Below, one piece after another: positions 5,928-6,360 of a stretch of 6,360 nt of DNA (position 1 is the first letter of the stretch; every line of letters starts with the position of its first letter). The stretch is from a virus (Duplodnaviria; Heunggongvirae; Uroviricota; Caudoviricetes): the IMG/VR virus record IMGVR_UViG_2695420732_000016; one strand, written 5' to 3'. The translations under genes and the position numbers were made by a program. Under the pieces are notes generated by a model. That model saw only the letters and a list, made by a program, of their open reading frames with translations, did no database searches and was not told where the DNA came from.

Positions 5928-5956
5928 ATTCTAACTATCCAATAGATCAATGCCAA
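5928..5956 (-). promoter_or_regulatory. Candidate sigma70 promoter for the hok/mok mRNA
   Basis: Minus strand reads TTGGCA (-35, plus-strand 5951-5956), a 17-bp spacer, then TAGAAT (-10, plus-strand 5928-5933). The predicted start near 5920 gives a leader of ~170 nt and a transcript of ~420 nt to the terminator, consistent with hok mRNA size. Confidence 0.5.
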
Positions 5957-6138
5957 CTTCTTTTCCTGCAACATCTCTCATCATAAGTGACCCAAATTCA
6001 TCCAATCAGCACAAAAGAAACATTTAAAGCGTGAATGCTACCGAACGTTCATTTCAATTACATCGTTTTGATTTTTAACAGTTTTCACCTCAACAAATCA
6101 AATGGCATTAGCATTCATCATGGAAGAAAGACTGATAA

Positions 6139-6190
6139 AAATGATCATTTTCAATGACTTATGATCACACCGGGTATTGCCAAGTCATTC
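6139..6190. repeat. Perfect 14-bp palindrome AAAATGATCATTTT (6139-6152) followed by an 8-bp inverted repeat AATGACTT/AAGTCATT (6153-6160 and 6183-6190) that flanks a second TGATCA
   Basis: Read directly; lies between the hok promoter and the IS left end. Possible operator remnant; function unknown. Confidence 0.35.
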
Positions 6191-6233
6191 CTTTTACGCC
6201 AGGATACCCACAAGTGAGTAGTCGAGGAGAGTT

Positions 6234-6360
6234 TGAACCGCCCCGGAAATCCTGGAGACTAAACTCCCTGAGAAAGAGGTAAACAGGATGACTAAAAATA
6301 CTCGTTTTTCCCCCGAGGTCCGTCAACGGGCAGTTCGTATGGTTCTGGAAAGTCAGGGCG
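6234..6360 (+). mobile_element. Left end of an IS3-family insertion sequence (IS629/IS1203-like), continuing beyond the window
   Basis: TGAACCGCCCCGGAAATCCTGGAGACTAAACTCCCTGAGAAAGAGGTAAACAGG matches, from memory, the IS629-group left terminal repeat, with the orfA ATG 54 nt inside the end. Exact IS identity needs a database check. Confidence 0.75.
6288..6360 (+). CDS. IS3-family transposase OrfA (HTH domain), 5' partial, runs off window end
   Basis: Translation from ATG 6288 gives MTKNTRFSPEVRQRAVRMVLESQG, the characteristic N-terminus of IS629/IS3-group OrfA, preceded by SD AAGAGG. Not in the ORF track because there is no stop in the window. Confidence 0.85.
   Translation, partial: MTKNTRFSPEVRQRAVRMVLESQG

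Noticed and set aside
5809-6233. relE/relB toxin-antitoxin genes upstream of hokD, as in K-12 Qin
   Set aside because: All three minus-strand frames translated by hand hit stops within about 20 codons of the IS boundary, and none resembles the RelE C-terminus.
1-6360. CRISPR array or other tandem repeat structure
   Set aside because: No regularly spaced direct repeats of 20-40 bp anywhere in the window.

Overview
All calls are from reading the sequence and recalled protein families; no database search was run. The window looks like the late-regulatory segment of a lambdoid enterobacterial prophage (Qin-like / Stx-phage-like layout), with every supported gene on the minus strand. Reading in the direction of transcription (high to low coordinates): a hok/mok type I toxin locus with its own promoter and terminator (5500-5956); a small Rem-like ORF; a DUF968/YdfU-like protein with a C-terminal HNH-type motif; the Holliday-junction resolvase RusA; a Q-like late antiterminator; two tandem intrinsic terminators; a 65-aa putative winged-helix ORF; a beta-class DNA methyltransferase with a DPPY motif; a ~1.2 kb AT-rich tract with no supportable coding sequence (300-1521); and the 5' end of a NanS-p-like esterase gene running off the left edge. 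At the right edge (6234 onward) is the left end of an IS3-family element (IS629/IS1203-like) with the start of its orfA. I found no stx genes, tRNAs or CRISPR array. The most interesting candidates are the winged-helix ORF plus methyltransferase pair and the empty AT-rich tract sitting where Stx phages carry their toxin cargo.
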